DNA from: a virus
IMG/VR virus record: IMGVR_UViG_3300029393_000004
Direction: 5' to 3' (one strand)
DNA length: 64,000 bases
The position numbers were made by a program, and so were the translations under genes. Shown piece after piece: positions 29,508 through 38,986 of this stretch. Below the pieces are notes generated by a model. That model saw nothing but the letters and a program-made list of their open reading frames with translations, was not told the DNA's origin and searched no databases. The first letter of the stretch is position 1; each line of letters begins with the position of its first letter.

Positions 29508-30430
29508 TAGAGCTTCTCCGAAAGTTCTTTTAATGTCTCTAATCTCAGCGGTTCATCGAGTCTGTGACAATCAAACGCCGAGATTGGGATTCTGCTCGGC
29601 AAGTCTGTTCTGCCCTTGTCAGGGTTGAAATAGACGCCGTACAGGGGAAAAGCAAAAACTAACTGCTGAGTGTTCTTGATCAGTTTCGCAATAGGCAGAG
29701 AATCAACTCTTGTGCGTCCCCTGAGTCGATTATCTCCGCTGTTTTCCATTGAGGAGTGCTTCCAGTAGAAGGTACGCATCTCTTCAATGCATTTATTTCG
29801 TTCAAATTCGCTCATTTCATTGAGTTCTTGATAAACTGCAACAAAATCAGCAGGAATACAACTGAACCAACGACGGAACCACTTCAAACCAGCCTGATAA
29901 TTAACTGTTCTTTTCGGTGGTGCAAACTGAATACCAGCCTTCTGAGCAAAAGGGTTAAACCGAGACATTGAGCTTTGAAACTCAACAAAGTCGGCTCCAG
30001 TCATACGCATCATAATGTTCTGCATTCTGTATGCGATACCAACTCCACGGTACATAGTATCTAAAACCAGTCGGGAGTTAGTACAAGAATGGGCGTTAAT
30101 CCAAATAGCGCGATGTCGATTGATAATGCGTGTATCTCTACCCCCGATATTGGGCTTCAGATGCTTAAACAATTCATTTCTGCCCGCAAGCGTCATACGG
30201 GGAACGGTCATAACTCCGACGCCAATGAGCTGATCTTCGAGCATACAGCGATAGAAACGAGGCCAAATGCCCAAAACTTCAGCTTTGTAATGCAAAGCAT
30301 GAAGTTCGTTCCAATCTTCAACTGTACCCTTCTCAACATAAATCTTGTCCAGCAGAGACAGTCTTGGCTTCTTGGGCACATCCCAACGCTCAATCAGAAT
30401 ATCAGGGGTGTCGGAGATAACCTGCTTCAT
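29507..30430 (-). CDS. GNAT-like acetyltransferase-fold protein
   Basis: LVLDTMYRGVGIAYRMQ resembles GNAT motif A (V.....RG.GIA). 307 aa. Confidence 0.4.
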   Translation of the reverse strand: MKQVISDTPDILIERWDVPKKPRLSLLDKIYVEKGTVEDWNELHALHYKAEVLGIWPRFYRCMLEDQLIGVGVMTVPRMTLAGRNELFKHLKPNIGGRDTRIINRHRAIWINAHSCTNSRLVLDTMYRGVGIAYRMQNIMMRMTGADFVEFQSSMSRFNPFAQKAGIQFAPPKRTVNYQAGLKWFRRWFSCIPADFVAVYQELNEMSEFERNKCIEEMRTFYWKHSSMENSGDNRLRGRTRVDSLPIAKLIKNTQQLVFAFPLYGVYFNPDKGRTDLPSRIPISAFDCHRLDEPLRLETLKELSEKL

Positions 30431-30633
30431 TCTTTAATTGCTCGATAAATCAAGAAGAAAGGTGTGAACGCCCAACCTAAGACGAACAATAAAATACGGA
30501 TGATCAGCGTGACAATCCCGACAAATGTCCAGAAAACAAGCATCAGAGGAAAGACAATCCAACAAAGCCAAAGAATGAGAATGTTGGAGTCTCTAACAAG
30601 CTGGCAAACTTCGGCGAAACTTTTATCACGCAT
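30427..30633 (-). CDS. small membrane protein (2 TM)
   Basis: 68 aa, strongly hydrophobic. Confidence 0.45.
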   Translation of the reverse strand: MRDKSFAEVCQLVRDSNILILWLCWIVFPLMLVFWTFVGIVTLIIRILLFVLGWAFTPFFLIYRAIKE

Positions 30634-30910
30634 TCGTCAAGCCCCATTTCTTGAACAATTCTTCGATTGAAGAGAATGTCTGATGACCGATCACACGATC
30701 AACTTCTTTGCCATCTTCAACAATCAGAATCGTTGGAACGCCCCGAACGTTATGAGCAATAAATTCTTCTCTTGCGGAATCCATGTCATAAACAGTCAAA
30801 GGAACATCAAAGCGCTCGCAAAAATCCGTCAGCAACGGCTTTAACATTCTGCAAGGCGAGCAAGTAACGCTCGAAAAAATATAGACTTCTTTATTTGCCA
30901 TCGAATTCAC
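30626..30910 (-). CDS. thioredoxin/glutaredoxin-like protein (CSPC active site)
   Basis: CxxC motif (VTCSPCRM) and a VPTILIV beta strand. 94 aa. Confidence 0.7.
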   Translation of the reverse strand: MNSMANKEVYIFSSVTCSPCRMLKPLLTDFCERFDVPLTVYDMDSAREEFIAHNVRGVPTILIVEDGKEVDRVIGHQTFSSIEELFKKWGLTNA

Positions 30911-31577
30911 TCGTAATATCTCTGTATCCGTCTTCAGTGCGCACTTTTACGTCAATACGCTCTCTGTAACGCTTCAATATGTAGGTGTCAGGCGCCAAGT
31001 CATTCACCAAGTCGGTGTGGGTTGTGGCAACGATGAGGGTTGCGCCACATTTGCGTGCAATCTTTTGCAGATTGAAGGCAATGTTTTTCGCTGTGACTCG
31101 ATCAAGCACCGCCAAGAATTCATCCGCAAACCAAACTTGCGCGCCTGACTCGATCAACCTTGCCAATTTGAATCGGTATCGCTGACCGTCCGAAAGCTCC
31201 TTGGGCTTTCTGAGATACAGGTTTGCATCTGATAAACCCACGAGAGAGAAAATTTGAAGAGCTTCGCTGACAGTCGGACAAAGTTGATCAATGATTGGTT
31301 CGTCTGTAGAGGTTGCTTCATCAATATCCGCAACCTTCAGACCTTCTTTTTTCATCAGACTCTTCAATTCATTCAGAATCGTTGACTTGCCCGAGCCTGA
31401 TTGACCTGTAATGTAAACAACGTCTCCATCGTTGATCTGCAACTTCAAATTGTCGAAAACAACGAAGTCTTTTTCGTCCAGCCCGAGACCGAACGCTTCT
31501 GCAATCTCAAGAACACGCTTGGTTCTTGAGACTTCAGTGGAGAAGTGCTTGTTAATTAAATAGGTTCTGTTTGTCAT
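30891..31577 (-). CDS. ABC-type ATPase, stand-alone nucleotide-binding domain
   Basis: Walker A GQSGSGKST; ABC signature LSDGQRYR; Walker B VWFADEFLAVLD; H-loop ATTH. The likely start at the internal M overlaps the SPFH stop (TAATG). Confidence 0.7.
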   Translation of the reverse strand: MTNRTYLINKHFSTEVSRTKRVLEIAEAFGLGLDEKDFVVFDNLKLQINDGDVVYITGQSGSGKSTILNELKSLMKKEGLKVADIDEATSTDEPIIDQLCPTVSEALQIFSLVGLSDANLYLRKPKELSDGQRYRFKLARLIESGAQVWFADEFLAVLDRVTAKNIAFNLQKIARKCGATLIVATTHTDLVNDLAPDTYILKRYRERIDVKVRTEDGYRDITSEFDGK

Positions 31578-32419
31578 TACTTTGTTTGTACAAAGGGCAT
31601 CGGAGCGTCCGCACTCATAAACTGGGGCATAACACCATTCCATTTGTTAATCGCTTCAAGCTGTACAACCTCGGGATTGTCTCTAAGCGCTTTAGCCTTA
31701 AGAGCAATAGCGTCTGCTTCTGCTTGAGCTTCAATCTTGATTGACTCTGCCTTACCACGGGCGGCTTCAATGAGCTTCTGAGCTTCTGCTTTAGACTGAG
31801 CGATTTCGTTTTCTCTCAAAAGAGCACGCTGAGTTGCTTCAATCTTTGCGTTGATGGAGTCTCTGACCTGTTGCGGATACTGCATATCCGAAGTCCAAGA
31901 AACTTTAACGATTTCAATTCCGATGGGGTCTAATTTGGCTTTAAGGTCTTTAGTGACCTCATCCAATAAGTCTGTTTTGCCCGTGGTTGTGAGCTTATTC
32001 ACGTCCATCTTAGAAGCGTGCTTAATCAGAGAATCGCTGATGTTCTGTCTTACGTTTGTAGCGGTAATTTCATCAACACCCTTACGGTACGTCTGAAAAA
32101 CCGTCGCTGTCATCTCAGGCTTAACACGATATTCAATGCCGATCTTGGCTTGAACAGTCATCGCATCCGAAGTCTGAAAGATGAACGGAGAATTGTAGGA
32201 ATGAAGCTGATTGAATGTCGGGAACAGGTAAATCTGTTCGTTCCAAGTCAAGAAGTAACGACCGACATTAAGAGCTTCCTGCTGAACGCCCTTTGAGTCG
32301 CCATAGAGATTGACTTTAATGCCAACATTACCTGCCGGAACGGTTTCAACAGAGCAACCGTTTAAATTCACACAAGCCAGCAGAAAACCGAGAAGTACAG
32401 CTACTTTAAATTTTTTCAT
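31577..32419 (-). CDS. SPFH/band-7 (prohibitin/HflC-like) lipoprotein
   Basis: Lipoprotein signal with lipobox LNGC. SPFH-like body with a coiled-coil tail (EAQAEADAIALKAKAL). Confidence 0.65.
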   Translation of the reverse strand: MKKFKVAVLLGFLLACVNLNGCSVETVPAGNVGIKVNLYGDSKGVQQEALNVGRYFLTWNEQIYLFPTFNQLHSYNSPFIFQTSDAMTVQAKIGIEYRVKPEMTATVFQTYRKGVDEITATNVRQNISDSLIKHASKMDVNKLTTTGKTDLLDEVTKDLKAKLDPIGIEIVKVSWTSDMQYPQQVRDSINAKIEATQRALLRENEIAQSKAEAQKLIEAARGKAESIKIEAQAEADAIALKAKALRDNPEVVQLEAINKWNGVMPQFMSADAPMPFVQTK

Positions 32420-32670
32420 CGTTTAAGGAAAAGGTAAGTGAAATACAGACAAAGCGCCACAAAAGAAACAGGAGCGGCAAATGCAAGCCAAACAAAGACA
32501 ATGTTTGAACTATTAAGCATCGTCGGAATAGCCGTTGTTACTAAGTAAGCCCCCGACAATACAAATAGAATGAAGAAGAAAATTTTCAAAAACTCTTTAA
32601 ATCTGTTCATTGCACTGTTCCGTGTTGCAGACCAAGACCCGTAACATGAAGATTGTTCAGAATGAAGCAA
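32416..32670 (-). CDS. small membrane protein, NfeD-like candidate partner of SPFH
   Basis: 2-TM protein directly upstream of, and overlapping, the SPFH gene. The true start is possibly the internal M (MNRFKEF...). Confidence 0.4.
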   Translation of the reverse strand: MLHSEQSSCYGSWSATRNSAMNRFKEFLKIFFFILFVLSGAYLVTTAIPTMLNSSNIVFVWLAFAAPVSFVALCLYFTYLFLKR

Positions 32671-33038
32671 ACGAGATCAGGGTTGTCCTGAAATACCTGA
32701 CAGAGACCATTGATACCCGCAACAACATAGTTTTCGTTTGTCCACTGAGATGTAGCATCCTGACAGCCGAAACCTGCATTGAAATGAATGACGTGAAGAA
32801 CCTCATGCAACAGGGTATTAGCTTCGTCAATCTCGTTTAGACCGTCGTCGATGTAGATGACGCTCTTCTTGTAGTCAACCATCCCGAAGACTTGACCTTC
32901 CATATTCTTAAAGTAGTGATCGGGGTCGCCAACCTTTTTGATTTCATAGTATTGATAGCCGATTTTCACAACTTTCGGCATTTCAACAACTGCGATAGGG
33001 GCAACGGCTTCGATGGGCTGAGTTTCTTTTTTCTTCAT
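32607..33038 (-). CDS. putative Zn-metallopeptidase (HExxH)
   Basis: LLHEVLHVIH motif. 143 aa. Confidence 0.45.
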   Translation of the reverse strand: MKKKETQPIEAVAPIAVVEMPKVVKIGYQYYEIKKVGDPDHYFKNMEGQVFGMVDYKKSVIYIDDGLNEIDEANTLLHEVLHVIHFNAGFGCQDATSQWTNENYVVAGINGLCQVFQDNPDLVCFILNNLHVTGLGLQHGTVQ

Positions 33039-33041
33039 ATC

Positions 33042-33701
33042 TTATTTAATGTAGTTTTGAGCAAATTCAACAAAGGCTTCTGCACCAGCTTTAGACGTTT
33101 CGCCCTCGATTTTTGCCATGAAACGAGCAACAGTTCTTTCCTGCGCTCCCTTAATCGTTTTAAAGCCAAGAGCGTCAGCAATTCTCACTTCCGCTTCATC
33201 GGCTTCAATAATCTTTTCTTCGGTTTCCGTCGCTTTCTTTTCAATATCTGCGTAAAGGTCTGCTGAAACGGCTTCAGGCTTGAACTCGCTCAAGTCAGCT
33301 TCTAAGAAAGCCAATTCTTTCTTATCGAAAATTCCGCTGAGGTCTAAATCAATGCTTGCGATTTCGTTTTGCAATCCGACAGTATCGAAGTCGGAAATGG
33401 CAACTCGGTTGTCTGCGATACGAGCCGCTTTTATTTGTTCTTCGGTCAAGTCTCTGCGAACTAAAACTGGAACTTTCTTCAGTCCCAAAAAGCGGGATGC
33501 TTCAGTTCTGCCATGACCTTTGATAATTACGCCGTCTTTATCAACGACAATAGGCTGATCGAATCCGAACTGTTTGATACTTTGAGCGATCTTTTCAACC
33601 TGCTCTTCGTCATGTATCTTGACATTGTTCTCGTATGGCTTGACGGCTTCTATCGGCCACCATTCAATTTTCAATTCGCCATTCGTACTTGTAGAACTCA
33701 T
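33042..33701 (-). CDS. ParB-like nuclease domain protein
   Basis: ParB N-terminal pattern (IVVDKDGVIIKGHGRTEASRFLGLKKVPVLV). Confidence 0.7.
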   Translation of the reverse strand: MSSTSTNGELKIEWWPIEAVKPYENNVKIHDEEQVEKIAQSIKQFGFDQPIVVDKDGVIIKGHGRTEASRFLGLKKVPVLVRRDLTEEQIKAARIADNRVAISDFDTVGLQNEIASIDLDLSGIFDKKELAFLEADLSEFKPEAVSADLYADIEKKATETEEKIIEADEAEVRIADALGFKTIKGAQERTVARFMAKIEGETSKAGAEAFVEFAQNYIK

Positions 33702-33873
33702 TTTCCTTTTCTCGTTCTTCTATTTCTTCTGCGAAAAGTTTTCTTAATTCTTCTCGATCTTCTGACTCGTCGGGTTGTTCTAAGTCTTCAATTTCGAGTT
33801 CTCTTGGGATTCCAGGCGGCTTTATTCTGTCGCTCTTATTCTTCTTTTTTGACATTTGTGCAAAGGTAAACAA
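33664..33873 (-). CDS. small acidic ORF between the ParB genes (uncertain)
   Basis: 69-aa ORF overlapping both neighbours. May be spurious. Confidence 0.2.
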   Translation of the reverse strand: MFTFAQMSKKKNKSDRIKPPGIPRELEIEDLEQPDESEDREELRKLFAEEIEEREKENEFYKYEWRIEN

Positions 33874-34492
33874 GCGCGTCGCCAGCGTTCGTCAGAGAAT
33901 CGCTTTCTGTGTAGCCCTGCTCTTTCATAATCTTTTCGATTAGCTTTTGCACTTTTTCAGAATCTTCGATTGCAACTTTAAAACGCATCACGACGTGTGT
34001 TTGAGGCGGTCGTTCGGTTACGGGAGCGCTTTCTTCTAATTCTTCTTCATCAACTTCCAATTCATCTAAATTGATAGATGTGTTTGAAAACAGCGTCTCA
34101 AGGCTTTGATCAGAGTACGGCATATAAGACGAAAGATCAGATATGTCACCCAAGCCCGAAAGCAATTCGGATAGCTTGAAAGCGTCATCTTCGCCATAAC
34201 GTCCGTTATCAATGAGAGAGATTTTCTTGGCTTCTTCATCTGAAATCTCGCCAAGGTTAATAACTGCGACCTTATCTAATCCCAGCTCTTTGGCGGCTCT
34301 CCATCTATGTTCTCCGCCAATAATTTCAAAACCTTCATCTTGCTCACGCACAAGAATCGGTTTGAACTGACCGAATCGTCTCAGGCTCTCCTTTATTTTT
34401 TCTTCGTTGTCTGGAGAAACGACGTTTGTGTTGTAGGGATTAGGGGTCAGTTGATTGATTGGAACTTGTTCTATTTTTAATTCGTCCCGCAT
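33836..34492 (-). CDS. ParB-like nuclease domain protein (second copy)
   Basis: ILVREQDEGFEIIGGEHRWRAAKELGLDKVAVINL. Confidence 0.7.
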   Translation of the reverse strand: MRDELKIEQVPINQLTPNPYNTNVVSPDNEEKIKESLRRFGQFKPILVREQDEGFEIIGGEHRWRAAKELGLDKVAVINLGEISDEEAKKISLIDNGRYGEDDAFKLSELLSGLGDISDLSSYMPYSDQSLETLFSNTSINLDELEVDEEELEESAPVTERPPQTHVVMRFKVAIEDSEKVQKLIEKIMKEQGYTESDSLTNAGDALVYLCTNVKKEE

Positions 34493-34549
34493 TAAAACTT
34501 TTATAATAAGTAGTTAACTACTTCATTATTGTAGAGCAATGGATTAAAA

Positions 34550-36091
34550 ATGTCAATGGAAAACAATACGATAAAGATTTTAGCGAATGCTGTAACGTGC
34601 AAAGTAGATACTGAGGACAGAAACGTAAAGCTCGAAGTCAATCGTTGTCTGACTTATTTTGTGGACGGCTATGAACAATCTACCGCTTTCAAAATGCACA
34701 CGTGGGACGGCACGGCTTCCTTCTTCAACTTTGCAAAATGCACGTTCCCCGCAGGTTTTATGTATTACGTCGGAGCCTGTCTGAAAAGAAAAGGTTATGA
34801 CGTACAGTTCTATAAAAAGCCGTTGCCGAAGCCTTTGGGCAAACTCAGACCGAAAATTGGCAATTATGAGTACGACCCAAGGTATGAATATCAGTACACG
34901 GTTACAGAGAAACTTTTAAAACACGGACAGATCATTTGTCGAGCGGCAACGGGCGCGGGTAAAAGTCTTATTGCTTTAATCGCTTTTGCAACCATCAATC
35001 GACCTACTCTGTTTCTTACGACACGCTCCATTCTCATGTACCAAATGAAGGAAAATGTCGAAAACAATCTCGGCATTGATGTTGCGGTTATCGGAGACGG
35101 CAATTTAGGTTTTGAAAACTCAGACGGCTCTAAATCACTCAAAAAATTCACTGTCGCTACCGTTCAAACGATTCATTCATACATCAAAGAGCCGAATCCC
35201 ACTGATTCCGCCTATGAATTCACTGCACAAAAGAAACGTCAAGAGTTTATGAAGTCCATTCTTGAGAAGTTTGAGTTTGTCATCTTAGAAGAAGCTCATG
35301 AGTCTTCAGCTTCAGGTTGGTTTGAACTACTTAAATACTGCAAAAACGCTTATTACAGACTTGCTTTGACGGGCACACCGTTTATGAAGGAGTCTGAAGA
35401 GATGAATATGCGTTTAATGGCTTCTTCTGGCCCTGTCGCCATCACCGTTACTGAAAAGCAACTCATTGACTGCGGGATTCTTGCGACGCCTTACTTCAAG
35501 TTTGTTCATCTGACTAAGAAACCTACAACCATGTCGATGAAGACTTCTTGGCAACCCGCCTATCGCATCGGCATTGTTGAAAACGAAGAACGTAATCAAG
35601 CCATTATCTATGAAGCAAAACGTGCTGTTGCTCACGGTCTTACCGTGATGATTCTTTTCAAGCAAATTGCCCACGGTAAAATGCTCAAGGAAATGCTTGA
35701 TGACGCTCGTATTCCCAATGAGCTTATTGTCGGCGCTGATGATCAAGCGGAAAGAAAACGGGCAATTAACAAACTCAAAGACGGCAAAATTAAAGTCTTA
35801 CTCGGCTCAACTATTCTTGATGTCGGAGTAGATGTCCCTGCTGTCGGCATGGTGATAATTGCTAGTGCTGGCAAAGCTGAAGTCGCTCTCAGACAACGTA
35901 TCGGCAGAGGTCTGCGTGCCAAGAAAAATCAAGCTAATATCTGTTTTGTGGTTGACTTTGATGACCCGTTTAATAAGTACCTGAAGAATCATGCTCAACA
36001 GAGAAAAGCGATTATTCAGCATACAGACGGCTTCAAAGAACACATTGTTGAAGATTTTGACTACAACTTGCTCAAGGAAAAATTATGCTAA
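34550..36091 (+). CDS. SF2 DNA helicase (DEAD/DEAH-like)
   Basis: Walker A AATGAGKS; motif II ILEEAHES; motif VI QRIGRGLR. 513 aa. Confidence 0.8.
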   Translation: MSMENNTIKILANAVTCKVDTEDRNVKLEVNRCLTYFVDGYEQSTAFKMHTWDGTASFFNFAKCTFPAGFMYYVGACLKRKGYDVQFYKKPLPKPLGKLRPKIGNYEYDPRYEYQYTVTEKLLKHGQIICRAATGAGKSLIALIAFATINRPTLFLTTRSILMYQMKENVENNLGIDVAVIGDGNLGFENSDGSKSLKKFTVATVQTIHSYIKEPNPTDSAYEFTAQKKRQEFMKSILEKFEFVILEEAHESSASGWFELLKYCKNAYYRLALTGTPFMKESEEMNMRLMASSGPVAITVTEKQLIDCGILATPYFKFVHLTKKPTTMSMKTSWQPAYRIGIVENEERNQAIIYEAKRAVAHGLTVMILFKQIAHGKMLKEMLDDARIPNELIVGADDQAERKRAINKLKDGKIKVLLGSTILDVGVDVPAVGMVIIASAGKAEVALRQRIGRGLRAKKNQANICFVVDFDDPFNKYLKNHAQQRKAIIQHTDGFKEHIVEDFDYNLLKEKLC

Positions 36092-36438
36092 GAAGAAATC
36101 TCATACTGTCGTCTTCTCTTCTTATTTTGCCTGCTGTTACTTTTGCAAAACCGCGCACTTCAAAAGAAGAGCAAGCGCTTTTTGACATAAGTATTGCCTC
36201 CATTACTCTTTCAGGCGAATTTTTCACCAGAGAACAATTAAACGAGAAGATCAAAGAGTTAAAAAATGCCCTACCTCATGTCAAAGATAAAGAATTAAAA
36301 ACCGAAACAAGAAAGCTAATTGCAAAAGCTCAGACCATACTTCTCTCGAGTTATGTGTCTAATACTCAAATGAGAGAGATGAACGAACAAGCAAATTTAG
36401 TAGATGCATTGAGTCAAGAAGTTCGCAACAGAAAATAA
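36085..36438 (+). CDS. secreted hypothetical protein
   Basis: Signal peptide MLRRNLILSSSLLILPAVTFA. Confidence 0.5.
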   Translation: MLRRNLILSSSLLILPAVTFAKPRTSKEEQALFDISIASITLSGEFFTREQLNEKIKELKNALPHVKDKELKTETRKLIAKAQTILLSSYVSNTQMREMNEQANLVDALSQEVRNRK

Positions 36439-36558
36439 ACGCTTTCATAGTTGCAAATCCCACGATTGATTGTTTGTGGGATTTATTTTTGCTTGGTAAT
36501 GATTAATTGGCAAACTTCTTCTATTCTCTTAGGAATGATCAACCCAAGAGGAAGAAGA

Positions 36559-37086
36559 ATGACAAAAGTTTTTCGTTTCAATTGGAATATAAAAAAGTTC
36601 CCATTCGAAGTTTGCAAAAATGCATTCGAAGAGGCCCAGCAACTAGACAACATAATGTTTTGGCGTCATAAAAAAGAAGTTCATCCCAAGAAGAATTCTC
36701 CTTGTTTCTTTTGGCTCGGCACTTCTGGCACCAACAATAAAAGATTCAGAAAATTACGAGGAGTTATAGGTGTCGGACAAATTGCTGATGATGAAGAATA
36801 CAAATTCAAATACGAAGACGAGACGACTCCCAAATATTTAACACAATTGAAAGACATAAAGTCCCCAAAGCACTTCGAGAACATGATGTTTTCGAAAGTT
36901 AAAGTTATCTTTCTTGCTTTTGACAAAGCTATTGTATCCAAGGAAGAAGCAACTCGGCTGTTTGACAATGACATCTACAAAGTATCTGGCAACGGATGCT
37001 CAAACTACATTAACGACGCTTTTCAAGAAATAGCAAAAAGACTGATCAGAGAAACGGCACTAAGAATTAAAAAATCTCGGACATAG
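36559..37086 (+). CDS. hypothetical protein (PUA/EVE-like?)
   Basis: Start at MTKVFRF with an AGAGGAAGA RBS. The longer track ORF 36451.. lacks an RBS. Confidence 0.45.
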   Translation: MTKVFRFNWNIKKFPFEVCKNAFEEAQQLDNIMFWRHKKEVHPKKNSPCFFWLGTSGTNNKRFRKLRGVIGVGQIADDEEYKFKYEDETTPKYLTQLKDIKSPKHFENMMFSKVKVIFLAFDKAIVSKEEATRLFDNDIYKVSGNGCSNYINDAFQEIAKRLIRETALRIKKSRT

Positions 37087-37339
37087 TCAACATTTCAGTG
37101 CGATTCAAGGGATAAGGATAGGCCTCTGACCTCCCCGCCCCTATGGGATAAGGACGAGTTTGGGAAAGCTCAGGAAAATTGAGGGATGGATAGGGGGTTA
37201 TTCACAACCGGTTTTAGACTTCGATTGTAAATATTATCTATTTATTTATAAATCGGCTGCTGAAATAAATATTTTTATTTTATTTACAATAAATGAATTA
37301 AAATAATAAATAAAACAATTTAAATAAATTGCATAATTA

Positions 37340-37380
37340 AAAATAAACCGCTTGATTAACAAGCGGTTTATTTGTTTATT
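37340..37380. terminator. bidirectional terminator hairpin AAACCGCTTGATTAACAAGCGGTTT
   Basis: Perfect stem with A and T tracts on either side. Separates the plus-strand helicase island from the minus-strand small genes. Confidence 0.55.
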
Positions 37381-37384
37381 TATT

Positions 37385-37551
37385 TAGCAGGTCTTTTTTA
37401 GAATTTCATGCTCTAATAATCTGCATAACCATTTGTGAAACAATGCGTTAGGGTATGTAGTCGTATAAATAACCCAAATTAAACACCAAATAAAACCAAA
37501 AACTAAAGCACACAAATTAAGCAAAAGATTAAATATAAATTGTTCTGACAT
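37385..37551 (-). CDS. small hydrophobic protein (~55 aa)
   Basis: Manual translation gives MSEQFIFNLLLNLCALVFGFIWCLIWVIY... It is preceded by the same 29-bp element as gene 37590..38036 and followed by a hairpin terminator at about 37340-37380. Confidence 0.35.
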
Positions 37552-37589
37552 TTTCAGTACCTTTAAATGTAGTGATTTATTTAAAGAAT

Positions 37590-38036
37590 TTAACCGATAA
37601 ATCTTAATGCTTCAATAATAAACTTATTATATAGTTCTAAATGTCTAGGTATTGAAAGATCAAAAATCAATTGATCATAGTATTCATTAGAAACAATATC
37701 TATACAATTATCAGCATATACAGCAGTATTAAATATTTCCCAAATATTTACACCGTCACGGGTAATTTTTTCATTATCGTTCAATACCGCAAACTTGACT
37801 ACAGCAATTTTTGAATTTTCAAAGGGTAAATATTTAGATTCACCGTAAGCAAGCAGACCAGATAAACAATCAATGTTATAAACGACATTACAGCGTTGAA
37901 AAGAAATAGTATCGTCTATACAACCAAAATCACCTTCTAATAAAAATTCATGGTCTTTCGTGAATTTAGCAATTTCGGAGAATTGAGCTTTTAGTTCTTC
38001 TGATAATTTAATAGTTAATTCTTTATTGATTAACAT
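37590..38036 (-). CDS. hypothetical protein
   Basis: 148-aa ORF flanked by a 29-bp direct repeat. Confidence 0.5.
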   Translation of the reverse strand: MLINKELTIKLSEELKAQFSEIAKFTKDHEFLLEGDFGCIDDTISFQRCNVVYNIDCLSGLLAYGESKYLPFENSKIAVVKFAVLNDNEKITRDGVNIWEIFNTAVYADNCIDIVSNEYYDQLIFDLSIPRHLELYNKFIIEALRFIG

Positions 38037-38119
38037 GTTTGTACCTTTAAATGTAGTGATTTATTTAAAAGTCTATTTAATTGCACCCGTTTATTTGAAC
38101 GGGTGCAATTTATTTATAT

Positions 38120-38986
38120 TTAAGCGTTAGCAGAGATTAGTTTAAATAACTGCATAGCTTGCACGCTGTTAATTGTAATCGGTGTGTTTCTCTTGAATTT
38201 CTTAAACGTGATTAAACCGAGGTACATGCAAATCTTTTTGCATTGGGTAGTTTGGGCGCTAGCAGTGTCGAGAGTGTTATTAGTTGCTCCCTCTTTTGCG
38301 TATTGTGCTCGTGTCTTTTCGTCTATCTTAGCTTTTTTGTTAAGTGCACACATCATCAATTTAGCGCTAGCTAAATCGTGATGACCGTTGACCATAGCTA
38401 ATGTAAATTTGACAACGTAGTTAATTTTGCATTTTCTACCGAGTGCGAGAGCGTGTACAGTCTCAGCAAATTTATTCATTTCTTTTTGACTGACATAATA
38501 TTGATCACTTTCGTCAAGAATCGCTACATTTTTCGCGTACTGCATAGCGTAAGCATGACCATCAGAAAAACCGAGCAAACCAGCAAGAGTGACTAAATCT
38601 TGATAGACAATTGCGGGGGTCATGCTCATTGTGTCTCTTAAGATGTGCGTGTCTCTGTACCACCCTGTTTGAAGGTTATGCTCTTCTTCGTATGTTGCGG
38701 GGATGGGCATTCTGCGGGTTTTATAATAATTAACCCGTCTTTCACCGTAAGATTTAAACCAAAGATTTTTGAACTCTGTTGCTTTCGGGTCATTAGAACC
38801 CTTGACATTGAGAACGGGAGCAACTTTAGCGGGTGCGTTCTTTTTTGTCTGCTTAGTCTGTTTCGAAGCGACTTTCTTAGATTCTTCGTTGAAAACCTTG
38901 TTAGAACGAGAACGATTCTTTTGAGTCTGTTTGTCGAATTTAGCGATTTCGCTAGCAGTTGCGAATGTAAAAACGTTCTTTTTCAT
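38120..38986 (-). CDS. hypothetical basic protein (candidate DNA-binding or replication-associated)
   Basis: 288 aa with a Lys-rich N-terminus. Adjacent to a repeat-rich 780-bp noncoding region. Confidence 0.45.
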   Translation of the reverse strand: MKKNVFTFATASEIAKFDKQTQKNRSRSNKVFNEESKKVASKQTKQTKKNAPAKVAPVLNVKGSNDPKATEFKNLWFKSYGERRVNYYKTRRMPIPATYEEEHNLQTGWYRDTHILRDTMSMTPAIVYQDLVTLAGLLGFSDGHAYAMQYAKNVAILDESDQYYVSQKEMNKFAETVHALALGRKCKINYVVKFTLAMVNGHHDLASAKLMMCALNKKAKIDEKTRAQYAKEGATNNTLDTASAQTTQCKKICMYLGLITFKKFKRNTPITINSVQAMQLFKLISANA

